Shown: positions 29,195-40,009, numbered from the stretch's first letter. The stretch is 64,000 bases of DNA from Lachnospiraceae bacterium (GCA_030526405.1 JAUNCZ010000010.1:2814-66813), one strand, 5' to 3'. Program-made: numbers and translations. The notes: generated by a model from the letters alone, not told the origin.

Positions 29195-30490
29195 TTGAAA
29201 TTTTTACTGGGTATTATAGTTCTCAGTGCTGTGATCTTCTTTCACGAGCTGGGACATTTTCTGCTGGCAAAGGCAAGTGGCATTGTGGTAAATGAATTCG
29301 CCTTTGGAATGGGTCCCCGGATCCTGTCCTTTGAAAAGGGCGGTACCATCTATGCATGGAGACTTCTCCCCTTTGGCGGCATGTGTGCCATGCAGGGTGA
29401 GGATGAGGAGGAGGATACCCTTCCGGGATGCTTTAATGCCGCACCTGTGTGGAACAGGATTGCTGTGGTTTTCGCAGGTCCCTTCTTTAACTTTGTAATG
29501 GCATTTCTCCTGTCGGTGATCGTGATCGGGGCTGTGGGCACAGATCCCGCCCTGGTTGTGGAGGTAGGAGAGGATTCTCCTGCTCAGGAGGCAGGACTTC
29601 AGCCGGGAGATCTGATTCTTTCCTATGAAGGCAATGGAATTGCCAATGGACGGGAAATGTACACAGATATGGAGCTGGATGGAGTTCCTCTGGACAGTGT
29701 GGATCTGATTGTAAAGCGTGATGGTGAGAAGCTGAAGATCAGCTATGCCCCTGAGGTGACCACTCGCTATATGCTGGGGTACTATTACAATCAGGACCCG
29801 GATGCAAAGGCTGAGGTAACCGGTCTGGTGCGGGGCTATCCTATGGAAGCAGCAGGCTTTCAGCCGGGAGATATTCTTACAGAGGTGAATGGTGTTGCCA
29901 TCAGTTCCCAGAAGGAATTGCAGCAGTACTGGGAGGAACATCCCATTGACGGCAGTGTCATCTCTGTCACAGCGGATCGAAACGGCGAAAGGGTGACAGC
30001 GGAGATCACACCGGTGGAGGACACCTCTGCAGCACTGGGCTTTTCCTTTAATCTGGCCAGAGAGAAGCTTTCCCCGATAGGAGTGCTGAAGGCATCATTC
30101 GGGGAGATCAGTTACTGGATCCATGTGACAGTGAAATCTCTTGGAACATTGATTTCAGGTCAGTTTTCAGTGAAAGATATGTCTGGACCGGTTGGTGTTG
30201 TCACTGCTATGGGAGACACCTACGAGGAGGTGAAAAGTGAAGGAGCCATAGTGATTCTTCTCACCTTCCTGAATTTTGCTATTCTCCTGTCAGCGAATCT
30301 GGGAATCATGAATCTGCTTCCTCTGCCGGCACTGGATGGAGGAAGACTGGTATTTCTGATTATTGAAGCCATTCTGGGAAGACCACTGAACAGAAAGTTT
30401 GAGAACTATGTTCATGTGGCAGGCTTCCTTCTGCTGATGCTGTTTATGGTATTTATCATGTACAATGACATAATGAAGCTTTTTGCTTAA
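29195..30490 (+). CDS. rseP: RIP metalloprotease RseP/RasP
   Basis: HELGHF zinc motif, PDZ-like middle region, NLLPLPALDGG. TTG start. Confidence 0.9.
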   Translation: MKFLLGIIVLSAVIFFHELGHFLLAKASGIVVNEFAFGMGPRILSFEKGGTIYAWRLLPFGGMCAMQGEDEEEDTLPGCFNAAPVWNRIAVVFAGPFFNFVMAFLLSVIVIGAVGTDPALVVEVGEDSPAQEAGLQPGDLILSYEGNGIANGREMYTDMELDGVPLDSVDLIVKRDGEKLKISYAPEVTTRYMLGYYYNQDPDAKAEVTGLVRGYPMEAAGFQPGDILTEVNGVAISSQKELQQYWEEHPIDGSVISVTADRNGERVTAEITPVEDTSAALGFSFNLAREKLSPIGVLKASFGEISYWIHVTVKSLGTLISGQFSVKDMSGPVGVVTAMGDTYEEVKSEGAIVILLTFLNFAILLSANLGIMNLLPLPALDGGRLVFLIIEAILGRPLNRKFENYVHVAGFLLLMLFMVFIMYNDIMKLFA

Positions 30491-30509
30491 TCAGAGCAGA
30501 AGGCATGGA

Positions 30510-30556
30510 AAAAGAGTAAAATCCGGGGTAAAAAGCTCCGGATTTTACTCTTTTCT
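30510..30556 (+). terminator. rseP terminator
   Basis: AAAGAGTAAAATCCGG ... CCGGATTTTACTCTTT (16-bp stem). Confidence 0.85.
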
Positions 30557-30675
30557 GGTTTTCTGCCAGCAATAAAACAAAGTCCGGGCCAGCGTGAGAC
30601 CCTGACAAAGCCTGTTTCTCATAGTTGGAAAGGAAGGGTATTTGATGTCACCGGGATGGGGACATAACTAACAGA

Positions 30676-30704
30676 TGGACAGATGGACAAACCTATGCTA
30701 GAAT
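30676..30704 (+). promoter_or_regulatory. promoter for the sugar-transferase/glmS/glf genes
   Basis: TGGACA (inside a tandem ACAGATGG x2), 17-nt spacer, extended -10 TGCTAGAAT. Confidence 0.45.
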
Positions 30705-30773
30705 GTTAAAATATGTGTAATCATACGAGTCAGTGACCAGTAGTGTGTACACGAAAATTTGGAGGTGAAGATT

Positions 30774-32225
30774 TTGTACAAGAAATCCGTAAACAGCTGG
30801 TTAAAGCACTGGGATTTCACTTTGGTGGATATTCTTGTCCTGCATCTGTGCCTGTTGCTTTCCTTTATTCTTATCTGGGATGAGGGAAACCCCTATATGA
30901 ACATGCGATTCAGAATCATTGCTGTACTGTTTATGCTCTGTCAGCTGTGCACTGTGTTCTTTACGCAGCCCTTTAAGGGAATTCTCAAGAGGGGTAACAC
31001 AGTAGAACTGGGACTTTCGATCAAGCATTCTGCAACGGTAATTGCCGGATTTCTGATCGCTACCTTTATTCTGCATCAGCAGCACATTTTTTCCAGAAGA
31101 TTTATCGTACTCAGCATGGTGTTGTATGTGGCCACAACATTTCCTACGAGATATTTTCTGAAAAGGGCAGTGATGCACAGACTGCGCATCACAAAACAGA
31201 AGCGCGCCATGGTGGTGATCACCTGCAGCTCCATGATCAAGGATGTGATCAACAATCTGACCAAGTCAGAGCTGTATGAGTTCTTTATCAGCGGTATTGT
31301 TCTTGTTGACAAGAATCTGAAGAACAAGAAGATTGCCGGTATCCCGGTTCTGGAGAACAATGAGGATATTTTAGGTCAGATCAGCCGGGACTGGGTGGAT
31401 GAGGTATTTATCTATCTCCCTGAGGAGCTTGCCCTTTCTCAGGATGCCAAGGAAAAACTCATCAGTATGGGTGTGACCACTCATTTCTGTCTGGCAGAGC
31501 TGAAGGATGACAGCTGGGGCGAGCGTCATGTGCAGAGCCTTGGCGATTATGCTGTTGTAACCAGTGGAATGAAGATTGTTGCTCCGAAGGATCTTCTCTA
31601 TAAACGTCTTATTGACATTGCAGGTGCCATTGTGGGCTGTATTCTCTGTGGAATACTGTTTATTTTTGTGGCACCGGCCATTTATGCAAAATCTCCGGGA
31701 CCGATCTTTTTCAGTCAGGTCCGTATCGGAAGGAATGGAAAGCCCTTCAAGATCTATAAATTCCGAAGCATGTACATGGATGCAGAGGAGAGAAAGGCTG
31801 CCCTTCTTGCAAAGAGCGAGGTGGATTCCGTTATGTTTAAGATGGAGGATGATCCCCGTATCATTGGAAGTGAGAAGAAGGACAAAAACGGAAAACCAAA
31901 GGGAATCGGTAATTTTATCCGTAAAACATCCATTGATGAGTTCCCTCAGTTTTTCAATGTTCTGAAGGGCGATATGAGCCTTGTGGGAACACGTCCCCCC
32001 ACAGTGGACGAGTGGGAGCGATATGATATCCAGCACCGTGCCCGTATGCGTGTGAAGCCCGGTATTACCGGTCTCTGGCAGGTAAGCGGAAGAAGCAACG
32101 TGGAGAGCATGGATGAGGTTGTCCGTCTGGACAAGGAATATATTCAGAACTGGAGTCTGAAGCTGGATATTGTGATTCTATTTAAAACAATTAAAGTTGT
32201 ATTGCTTCATGAAGGCGCTGTTTAA
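30774..32225 (+). CDS. polyprenyl-phosphate glycosyl-1-phosphate (priming) sugar transferase
   Basis: TM-rich N-terminus plus a bacterial sugar-transferase domain (PGPIFFSQVRIGRNGKPFKIYKFRSM, GDMSLVGTRPP). The GGAGGTG RBS favours TTG 30774. Confidence 0.85.
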   Translation: MYKKSVNSWLKHWDFTLVDILVLHLCLLLSFILIWDEGNPYMNMRFRIIAVLFMLCQLCTVFFTQPFKGILKRGNTVELGLSIKHSATVIAGFLIATFILHQQHIFSRRFIVLSMVLYVATTFPTRYFLKRAVMHRLRITKQKRAMVVITCSSMIKDVINNLTKSELYEFFISGIVLVDKNLKNKKIAGIPVLENNEDILGQISRDWVDEVFIYLPEELALSQDAKEKLISMGVTTHFCLAELKDDSWGERHVQSLGDYAVVTSGMKIVAPKDLLYKRLIDIAGAIVGCILCGILFIFVAPAIYAKSPGPIFFSQVRIGRNGKPFKIYKFRSMYMDAEERKAALLAKSEVDSVMFKMEDDPRIIGSEKKDKNGKPKGIGNFIRKTSIDEFPQFFNVLKGDMSLVGTRPPTVDEWERYDIQHRARMRVKPGITGLWQVSGRSNVESMDEVVRLDKEYIQNWSLKLDIVILFKTIKVVLLHEGAV

Positions 32226-32245
32226 ATACAGGAGGATTAAATTTT

Positions 32246-34084
32246 ATGTGTGGAATTGTAGGTTACATTGGTCAGGAGCAGGCAGCTCCTATTCTTCTGG
32301 ACGGTCTGTCCAAGCTTGAGTACAGAGGATATGATTCAGCAGGAATTGCAGTCCGCGACGGTGATTCCCCAATCAAGATGGCAAAGGCGAAGGGTCGTCT
32401 CCGCCATCTGGCTGATAAAACCAATGATGGAAAATCTATGGTGGGAACCTGTGGTATCGGTCATACAAGATGGGCAACCCATGGTGTTCCTTCTGAGAAG
32501 AATGCACATCCTCATATCAGTGAGGATCTCAACGTTACCGGTGTTCACAACGGTATCATCGAGAACTACCAGGAGCTGAGAGACAAGCTCATCAGAAAAG
32601 GTTATCAGTTCTATTCTGAGACTGATACAGAGGTTCTTATCAAGACTGTAGATTACTACTATAAAAAATATAATATCGGACCGATCGATGCCATTGCAAA
32701 GACCATGGTTCGTGTAAGGGGTTCCTATGCACTGGCTCTTATGTTCAAAGAGTATCCGGGCCAGATCTGGGTTGCAAGAAAAGACAGCCCTATGATCATC
32801 GGTGTAAAGGAAAATGAGTCCTATGTGGCATCTGATGTTCCGGCTATCCTGAAATACACAAGAGACGTTTATTACATCGGTAATCTGGAGATGGCATGTC
32901 TGTCCGCAGGTGAGGTTCATTTCTTCAATCTGGACGGCGATGAGATCCAGAAAAAACTGGTATCCATCAGCTGGGATTCCGAGGCAGCAGAAAAAGGCGG
33001 CTATGAGCATTTCATGATGAAGGAGATCCACGAGCAGCCAAAGGTGATCGGAGATACTCTGAACAGTGTTCTGAAGGATGGTATGATCGATCTTACAGAG
33101 ACAGGACTCACTGTGGAGAAGATGCAGAAATATCGTCAGATCTACATTGTTGCCTGCGGTTCTGCATACCACGTGGGAATCGTTGCCCAGTATGTTCTTG
33201 AGGACCTCTGTGGCATCCCGGTTCGTGTAGAATTAGGTTCAGAGTTCCGTTACAGAAAGATTCTGATGGATGAGAATGATCTGATGATCGTGATCAGCCA
33301 GTCCGGTGAGACTGCAGATACACTGGCAGCACTGCGGGAGGCGAAGGAGTATGGTGTAGATACCCTTGCCATTGTGAACGTTGTGGGCAGCTCCATTGCC
33401 CGTGAGTCTGATATGGTATTCTATACCATGGCAGGACCGGAGATCGCAGTTGCCACCACAAAGGCCTACAGTACACAGCTCATTGCCTGCTATGCACTGG
33501 CACTGGAGTTTGGCCGTGTTCGCGGGCAGCTCGATGAGATCAAATATAAAGAGCTGATTGAGGAGCTGCAGACTCTTCCTGCTAAGGTTGAGAAGATTCT
33601 GGAGGATAAGGAGCGCATTCAGTGGTTTGCCTCTAAATTTGCTTCTGCCCATGACATTTTCTTTATTGGCCGTGGTCTTGACTATGCAATCTGTCTTGAG
33701 GGCAGCCTGAAGATGAAGGAAATCTCTTATATCCACAGCGAGGCTTACGCAGCAGGAGAGCTGAAACACGGTACCATCTCTCTGATTGAGGATGGTACTC
33801 TGGTAGTAGGTGTTCTGACTCAGTCCGCTCTCTTCGAGAAGACTGTCAGCAACCTGCTGGAGGTTAAGAGCCGTGGAGCATACCTGATGGGTCTCACCTC
33901 CTATGGAAACTATGTCATCGAGGATTCCGCTGACTTTACCACCTATGTGCCACAGACAGATGAGCATTTTGCAACCAGTCTTGCAATCATCCCTCTGCAG
34001 CTGATGGGCTACTATGTCAGCGTTGCCAAGGGTCTTGACGTGGATAAACCAAGAAACCTTGCAAAGAGTGTAACTGTTGAGTAA
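32246..34084 (+). CDS. glmS: glutamine--fructose-6-phosphate aminotransferase
   Basis: MCGIVGY Ntn-Cys start, two SIS domains, C-terminal KSVTVE. Confidence 0.95.
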   Translation: MCGIVGYIGQEQAAPILLDGLSKLEYRGYDSAGIAVRDGDSPIKMAKAKGRLRHLADKTNDGKSMVGTCGIGHTRWATHGVPSEKNAHPHISEDLNVTGVHNGIIENYQELRDKLIRKGYQFYSETDTEVLIKTVDYYYKKYNIGPIDAIAKTMVRVRGSYALALMFKEYPGQIWVARKDSPMIIGVKENESYVASDVPAILKYTRDVYYIGNLEMACLSAGEVHFFNLDGDEIQKKLVSISWDSEAAEKGGYEHFMMKEIHEQPKVIGDTLNSVLKDGMIDLTETGLTVEKMQKYRQIYIVACGSAYHVGIVAQYVLEDLCGIPVRVELGSEFRYRKILMDENDLMIVISQSGETADTLAALREAKEYGVDTLAIVNVVGSSIARESDMVFYTMAGPEIAVATTKAYSTQLIACYALALEFGRVRGQLDEIKYKELIEELQTLPAKVEKILEDKERIQWFASKFASAHDIFFIGRGLDYAICLEGSLKMKEISYIHSEAYAAGELKHGTISLIEDGTLVVGVLTQSALFEKTVSNLLEVKSRGAYLMGLTSYGNYVIEDSADFTTYVPQTDEHFATSLAIIPLQLMGYYVSVAKGLDVDKPRNLAKSVTVE

Positions 34085-34099
34085 GAGAGAGAGTACTGT

Positions 34100-35224
34100 A
34101 TGATGTATGATTATCTTATTGTAGGAGCCGGTCTGTATGGAGCTGTATTTGCCAGACAGGCGGCCGATGCAGGGAAAAAGGTCCTTGTGATCGAGCGACG
34201 TCCTCAGATTGCAGGAAATGTCTTCTGTGAAGAGGTGGAGGGGATTCAGGTCCACAAGTATGGTGCCCATATCTTCCATACCAACAACAAACAGGTGTGG
34301 GAGTATGTGAACCGTTTTGCGGAATTCAACCGTTTCACAAACTCACCGGTGGCAAATTATAAAGGGGAGCTCTATTCCCTTCCCTTTAATATGTATACCT
34401 TCAACAGAATCTTCGGTGCAGTGACCCCGGAGGAGGCAATTGCTGCCGTGGAGAGGGAGCGCCGGGAAGCCGGCATTTCGGAGCCGAAGAATCTGGAGGA
34501 GCAGGCAATCTCTCTGGTGGGAAAAACCATCTATGAGAAGCTGATCAAGGGCTATACCATGAAGCAGTGGGGCCGTCCCTGTGACCAGCTGCCGGCATTT
34601 ATCATCCGTCGACTGCCTCTGCGTTTTACCTTTGATAACAATTATTTCAATGCACTGTATCAGGGAATTCCTGTGGAGGGCTATACACAGCTGGTGGCAA
34701 ATCTGCTGGAGGGAATCGAGGTTCGTCTGAACGTAGATTATCTTGCGGAACGGGAACACTGGGATGCTGTTGCGGAGAAGGTGCTGTATACAGGTGCCAT
34801 TGATGCCTTTTATCAGTACCAGCTGGGTAATCTGGAGTACAGGAGCGTTCGTTTTGAGAATGAGCTGCTGGATATTCCCAATTTCCAGGGAAATGCTGCT
34901 GTGAACTATACAGACATGGAAACTCCATGGACCAGAATCATTGAGCATAAATGGTTCACCTTTGGAAAGGATAAGGATGGAAGGGATCTTCCAAAAACAG
35001 TGATCTCAAGGGAGTATTCTTCTGAGTGGAAGCCCGGTGATGAGCCCTATTATCCTGTCAATGATGAGAAAAACTCCACCCTGTATCAGCAGTACCGGGA
35101 ACTTGCCGAAAAAGAGGAAAAGGTTCTGTTCGGTGGCCGACTGGGAGAGTATAAGTATTATGATATGGATGCAGTCATCGCTGCAGCCCTGGCGAAGGCG
35201 GAGGAGATCCTTCATCTGAGCTGA
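34100..35224 (+). CDS. glf: UDP-galactopyranose mutase
   Basis: DYLIVGAGLYG FAD fold, YPVND, GRLGEYKYYDMD. Confidence 0.9.
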   Translation: MMYDYLIVGAGLYGAVFARQAADAGKKVLVIERRPQIAGNVFCEEVEGIQVHKYGAHIFHTNNKQVWEYVNRFAEFNRFTNSPVANYKGELYSLPFNMYTFNRIFGAVTPEEAIAAVERERREAGISEPKNLEEQAISLVGKTIYEKLIKGYTMKQWGRPCDQLPAFIIRRLPLRFTFDNNYFNALYQGIPVEGYTQLVANLLEGIEVRLNVDYLAEREHWDAVAEKVLYTGAIDAFYQYQLGNLEYRSVRFENELLDIPNFQGNAAVNYTDMETPWTRIIEHKWFTFGKDKDGRDLPKTVISREYSSEWKPGDEPYYPVNDEKNSTLYQQYRELAEKEEKVLFGGRLGEYKYYDMDAVIAAALAKAEEILHLS

Positions 35225-35321
35225 CAGGAAGGCGACAGATCTACCTGAAAAAATATCATCCTTCAAGGGTCGGAAGTCCCTGTCTGATGAAAACAAATAC
35301 AAGAATGTGAAGCGTTTTTCG

Positions 35322-35350
35322 AAAAAACCCCTGATTTCAGGGGTTTTTTT
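35322..35350 (+). terminator. glf terminator
   Basis: AAAAAACCCCTG-ATTT-CAGGGGTTTTTTT. Confidence 0.85.
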
Positions 35351-35469
35351 GTTGTAAAAAATACAAGAATACAAAGTATACTCCGGTTACAATAGAGTCA
35401 GATCAGGGAGAGAGAAGAAACCTGATAAGGGAATCGTAAACAATCTGAAAATGTAAAGGAGTTTAGACT

Positions 35470-36582
35470 ATGGCAAAACCAAACAGAGAGCAGCTGATTC
35501 TGGACGTTATCTCAAGAAAAAACACAAGCTACCTTCCAAGCGTTGTTAACTTTGCAAACGCAAAAAAGAAAATGGAATGTGCAGCATACGTAGGAATCAC
35601 AGATGAGGATGAGTACGATGAGTACCTTGGAAATCATGTGTATTTCACCTACACCACAGATGATGCCTGCTCCAACGGTATCGATGATAAAGAGAAAGTA
35701 GCCCTTTCCATGGAGCTTGGTCGTTCTCATGTAGATGAGAGAGGATTCTATGTTGATCCATGGGGACTTACCTATAATCCGGAAGCTACCTCTTACTTTA
35801 ACTATGGTCATCCTCTGAAGGATGCTCTTGATGACGAGAGTGTATGGAAAAACTTCAAGGCACCGGATTTAAGTGCACCTGGCATGATGGATCTTCAGTT
35901 CAAATATGCTGAGGTTGATAAAGAGAAACACTCTGGAGACCAGCTGGTAGTAGTATCCGGCTACAACGGAATCTGGGAGAAAACCTACGAGCTGATGGAG
36001 ATTGAGAACTTCATGTATACTCTGATGGACGAGCCGGATATCATTCATCATTTCTTCGATATCATCACAGATTATAAAGTAGAGATCGCTAAAGAGACTG
36101 TTAAGAGAGGATTCAAACTGGGACATCACGGTGATGACCTTGGAACACAGGTTTCCACCTTCTTCTCTGAGGCAGTATTTGTGGAATTCCTGAAACCAAG
36201 ACTGAAAAAACTCTTTGACGTATACCATGATGCAGGAATCCCTGTACAGATGCACTCCTGCGGAATGATCACTCCATTCATTCCTCACCTCATCGACATC
36301 GGTCTGGATGTTCTTGAGCCTGTACAGCCTGTCATGGATCACGAGTTCCTGAAGAGAGAGTACGGCAATGACCTGATCTTCTACGGTGGTGTAGATACCC
36401 AGGGACTTCTGGCATTTGGAACTCCTGAGGAGGTATACGAGGGAACATTAAGAGAGATTGATATCCTTGGCAAAAACGGTGGATATATTGCCGGACCAGC
36501 TCAGGAGATCATGGACAACGTCAGCCCTGCAAATGTAGATGCACTGGTTCGTGCCATCAGACATGCAAGAGGCGAGGAGTAA
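35470..36582 (+). CDS. uroporphyrinogen decarboxylase (URO-D)-fold family protein
   Basis: 370 aa with a URO-D/MtaA-like pattern (HHGDDLG, MHSCG, VLEPVQP). The substrate is unknown. Confidence 0.65.
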   Translation: MAKPNREQLILDVISRKNTSYLPSVVNFANAKKKMECAAYVGITDEDEYDEYLGNHVYFTYTTDDACSNGIDDKEKVALSMELGRSHVDERGFYVDPWGLTYNPEATSYFNYGHPLKDALDDESVWKNFKAPDLSAPGMMDLQFKYAEVDKEKHSGDQLVVVSGYNGIWEKTYELMEIENFMYTLMDEPDIIHHFFDIITDYKVEIAKETVKRGFKLGHHGDDLGTQVSTFFSEAVFVEFLKPRLKKLFDVYHDAGIPVQMHSCGMITPFIPHLIDIGLDVLEPVQPVMDHEFLKREYGNDLIFYGGVDTQGLLAFGTPEEVYEGTLREIDILGKNGGYIAGPAQEIMDNVSPANVDALVRAIRHARGEE

Positions 36583-36621
36583 TTCTGCTGTCAATCATTC
36601 ACTATTCATATTCTTTTTCCG

Positions 36622-36652
36622 AAGGGGCTGTCGCAGTTGCGACAGCCCCTTC
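36622..36652 (+). terminator. terminator
   Basis: AAGGGGCTGTCGCA-GT-TGCGACAGCCCCTT, a perfect palindrome. Confidence 0.75.
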
Positions 36653-36765
36653 CTCTTGTTTCTTTCTGTCATTTCCTGTAAAATGAAAAATACGCCCTGC
36701 TTTCAGCCCAAAAGCGTTACGGACGAATCCCACATGTAACAGAAATACAGAAAGGAGTGAAGGGT

Positions 36766-37440
36766 ATGAATATCAGAGAACGTTTATTTGAACTTCAGGA
36801 TAAGGAGTATGCTGCCTTTCAGGTCAGGCTGACCCCGGGAATCCCTCAGGAGCTGTTTATCGGTGTGAGAGTCCCTCTTCTGCGAAAACTGGCCAGAGAG
36901 CTGCAGGGAAGCCCTGAGGCAGAGGAATTCCTGAATAACCTGCCCCATACGTATTACGATGAGAATATTCTTCATGGCTGTCTGCTCAGCGGGATGAAGG
37001 AATATGACAGGGTGATGGAACGGCTGGAGGAGTTTCTTCCCTTCGTGGATAACTGGGCAGTGTGTGACACCATGTCGCCGAAGGTCTTCAAAAGAAACAG
37101 AGAAAGACTGATACATAAAATATCACAGTGGTGCAGCTCCGAACATACCTATACCTGTCGCTTTGGAATGGGTATGCTGATGGGGCATTTTCTGGATGAG
37201 GATTTCAAAGAGGAGTATCTGGAGCTTCCAGCGGCTATTCACAGGGAGGAGTATTACGTGCAGATGATGCAGGCATGGTATTATGCCACAGCCCTTGCAA
37301 AGCAGTGGGAAGCCACCATTCCCTACATCAGAGAGGGAAGACTGGATCGCTGGGTCCATAATAAGACGATACAGAAGGCCAGAGAAAGCTATCGCATAAC
37401 TCCGGAGCAGAAGGAGTATCTGAAAACCCTGAAGAGATAA
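36766..37440 (+). CDS. DNA alkylation repair (AlkD-like HEAT-repeat) protein
   Basis: Family pattern (FQVRLTPG, FIGVRVP.LRKLA, NWAVCD). AGGAG lies before ATG 36766. Confidence 0.75.
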   Translation: MNIRERLFELQDKEYAAFQVRLTPGIPQELFIGVRVPLLRKLARELQGSPEAEEFLNNLPHTYYDENILHGCLLSGMKEYDRVMERLEEFLPFVDNWAVCDTMSPKVFKRNRERLIHKISQWCSSEHTYTCRFGMGMLMGHFLDEDFKEEYLELPAAIHREEYYVQMMQAWYYATALAKQWEATIPYIREGRLDRWVHNKTIQKARESYRITPEQKEYLKTLKR

Positions 37441-37463
37441 CAACTGAAAACTGAATAAAGGAA

Positions 37464-38840
37464 GTGATTAAATTGAATAAGAAATACAGGAATCCTGTTA
37501 CTGAGGGAAAGATCGGAAAGGAGATGCTGTTCTTTTTCTTTCCCATCCTGTTTGGGTATCTGTTCCAGCAGATCTACAATATCGCTGATGCCCTGATCGT
37601 TGGCCGAACCCTTGGAAAGGTCGCCCTGTCGGCAGTGGGTGGCTCCAGTGGAATGATCGTGATGCTGATCGTGGGTTTTTTTGTGGGGCTTACATCAGGA
37701 GCAGCAGTGCTGGTTTCCCAGTATTTTGGCTCCGGACAGGAGGATAAGGTCAGCTGCTCTGTACATACGGTTCTCCTGTTTTCTGTGGCCTGTGGTGCTG
37801 TGATCACCCTGGTGGGCATTCTTCTGACACCCACCATGCTGAGATGGATGCAGACACCGGAGGAAACCATGGAATGGTCAGTAATCTATCTGAAAGTCTA
37901 TTTTGCAGGAATGATTGGAAATCTGATCTACAATGCCGGTGCCGGAATCTTAAGGGCAGTGGGAGATTCCCGGAGTCCTTTTCTGTTTCTGGTGGTGAGC
38001 TGTGTTCTGAATGTGGTGCTGGATCTTGTATTTATCATTGTGATCCCCATGGGAGTCTTTGGAGCAGCTCTTGCCACCATTCTGTCCCAGGCGGTCAGTG
38101 CAGGAATGGTGCTGTGGACCATGGGAAGAAGGAGAGATGCCTGTCATCTTAGTTTCCGACACATGAAGCTGGATGGAAGAATCCTGCGTAAAATGATCCA
38201 CGTGGGCCTTCCTGCAGGTCTTCAGTCCGTTATGTACGGCCTGTCCAACTCCATTATCCAGGTGGGAGTAAACGGCCTTGGAACGGATTATGTGGCTGCC
38301 TGGGCCACCTACTATAAGATTGACGGACTGTTCTGGGCAACCATTGCAGCCTTCGGCATTGCAGGAGCTACCTTTGTGGGGCAGAATATCGGGGCTGGCA
38401 AAAAGGCCCGTGTAACAGACAGTATCCGTGTATGCATCCTTCAGGCTGCCATTGCAGCTGTGCTTATCAGTATCGGTATCTATCTGATCAGTCACTGGAT
38501 TTTCCCACTGTTTTCAGCAGATCCCGGGGTAAATGCCATTGGTGTTGCCATGATGCGCTATCTGACACGGTTCTATGTGCTTTACGTGGCCATTGAGATC
38601 CTGTCCGGTGTTCTGCGAGGGGCAGGAGATACCTTTGTTCCCATGCTGCTGGCTGTGGTGGGGGTCTGTGGAATCAGAAGCTGCTGGATCCTGTTTGTGC
38701 TGCCAAAGCATCCGAATATGTATACCATGATGAACAGTTATCCGATCTCCTGGACCATCACCAGCATTGCATTTATCATCTATCTGGTAAAATTCAGCAA
38801 GTTGAGACCGTATCTGAAAAGGGAAGCAAAGAACCAGTGA
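37464..38840 (+). CDS. MATE-family efflux transporter
   Basis: 458 aa, 12 TM, MATE N-terminal pattern (P.LFGYLFQQIYNIADALIVG). The start is ambiguous (GTG 37464 or TTG 37473). Confidence 0.85.
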   Translation: MIKLNKKYRNPVTEGKIGKEMLFFFFPILFGYLFQQIYNIADALIVGRTLGKVALSAVGGSSGMIVMLIVGFFVGLTSGAAVLVSQYFGSGQEDKVSCSVHTVLLFSVACGAVITLVGILLTPTMLRWMQTPEETMEWSVIYLKVYFAGMIGNLIYNAGAGILRAVGDSRSPFLFLVVSCVLNVVLDLVFIIVIPMGVFGAALATILSQAVSAGMVLWTMGRRRDACHLSFRHMKLDGRILRKMIHVGLPAGLQSVMYGLSNSIIQVGVNGLGTDYVAAWATYYKIDGLFWATIAAFGIAGATFVGQNIGAGKKARVTDSIRVCILQAAIAAVLISIGIYLISHWIFPLFSADPGVNAIGVAMMRYLTRFYVLYVAIEILSGVLRGAGDTFVPMLLAVVGVCGIRSCWILFVLPKHPNMYTMMNSYPISWTITSIAFIIYLVKFSKLRPYLKREAKNQ

Positions 38841-38974
38841 AAGATTGACAGGTGAATCCTTCCTGAGGGTTGTTGAAAAAAAAACAGGACCATGGGATAA
38901 TAGGAGCAGTCCCCCTCCTCTAAGGCGTAAAGATGTAGGCGGGGGAACGAGAGAAAAGAAAAGGAGATCATAGT

Positions 38975-39952
38975 ATGCGTAAGATTAAATGGGGTGTCCT
39001 TGGCACAGCAGGTATTGCCAGAGGATGCACAATTCCCGGCATGAAGACAGCAGAGAACTGTGAGCTGTATGCCATTGCCGGAAGAAATCCTGAAAAGGTG
39101 GAGGCATTTCGTCAGGAGTTTGGCTTTGAGAAGGGTTACAACAGTCTGCAGGCGCTTCTGGAGGATCCGCAAGTGGAGGCTGTGTATATTCCACTTTCCA
39201 ATGACCTGCATTATGAGTGGGTTCTGAAAGCTGTAAAAGCGAAAAAGCATGTTCTCTGTGAGAAACCTCTTGCACCTACAGCACAGCAGATCAGAGAGCT
39301 GTTTGCTGCGGCAAAGGAGAATGGAGTGCTTCTGATGGAGGCATTTGCCTACCTGCACAGTCCGCTGCAGCTGGAGATCCGTGATGTGGTGAGAAGCGGA
39401 AAGCTGGGTGATATTCTGTATATGGAGTCACAGTTTACCTATTCCAGCCATGATCTGTCCAATATCCGAATGAGAAAAGAAACCTTTGGTGGTTCCACCT
39501 ACGATCTTGGAGTATATAACACCAGCCAGATTCTTTTTATGCTGGATAAGAAACCTGAGAAGATTCAGGCTATGGCAGATTTCTCAGAGGAGAATATCGA
39601 TGTACATACCAGCGCATTGCTGAGTTTTGGACCGGATTGCAGAGCCCAGGCTGTATGTGGAATGGAGCTGGCTAAGGGAAAAGACAGAAGAATCGACCAC
39701 CTTGGTATCCATGGAACAGAGGGGTCTCTTGTGTGCGATGCCCAGTTTAACCAGAAGGGACTTCTTTCCTATACTGTGACCATCGGTGACAGGGCAGAGA
39801 CCTTTACTGTGGATACTCCTGACAACTATGGTCTTGAGGTGGCACAGCTGGGACGCTGCATCACAGAGGGAGAGGAGAGACACGTTTCAGAGGCATTTAC
39901 CATTGCAAATGCAGAGGTGATCGATGAGATTCTGAAGGTGATCGGATACTGA
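38975..39952 (+). CDS. Gfo/Idh/MocA-family oxidoreductase
   Basis: IKWGVLGTAGIA Rossmann N-terminus and the EKP motif (LCEKPL). Confidence 0.85.
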   Translation: MRKIKWGVLGTAGIARGCTIPGMKTAENCELYAIAGRNPEKVEAFRQEFGFEKGYNSLQALLEDPQVEAVYIPLSNDLHYEWVLKAVKAKKHVLCEKPLAPTAQQIRELFAAAKENGVLLMEAFAYLHSPLQLEIRDVVRSGKLGDILYMESQFTYSSHDLSNIRMRKETFGGSTYDLGVYNTSQILFMLDKKPEKIQAMADFSEENIDVHTSALLSFGPDCRAQAVCGMELAKGKDRRIDHLGIHGTEGSLVCDAQFNQKGLLSYTVTIGDRAETFTVDTPDNYGLEVAQLGRCITEGEERHVSEAFTIANAEVIDEILKVIGY

Positions 39953-40009
39953 TTCATTAAAAAAGAAAACTCTGAATGTGGTGTAGAGTATAATAAGGAT
40001 TAAGAACAA

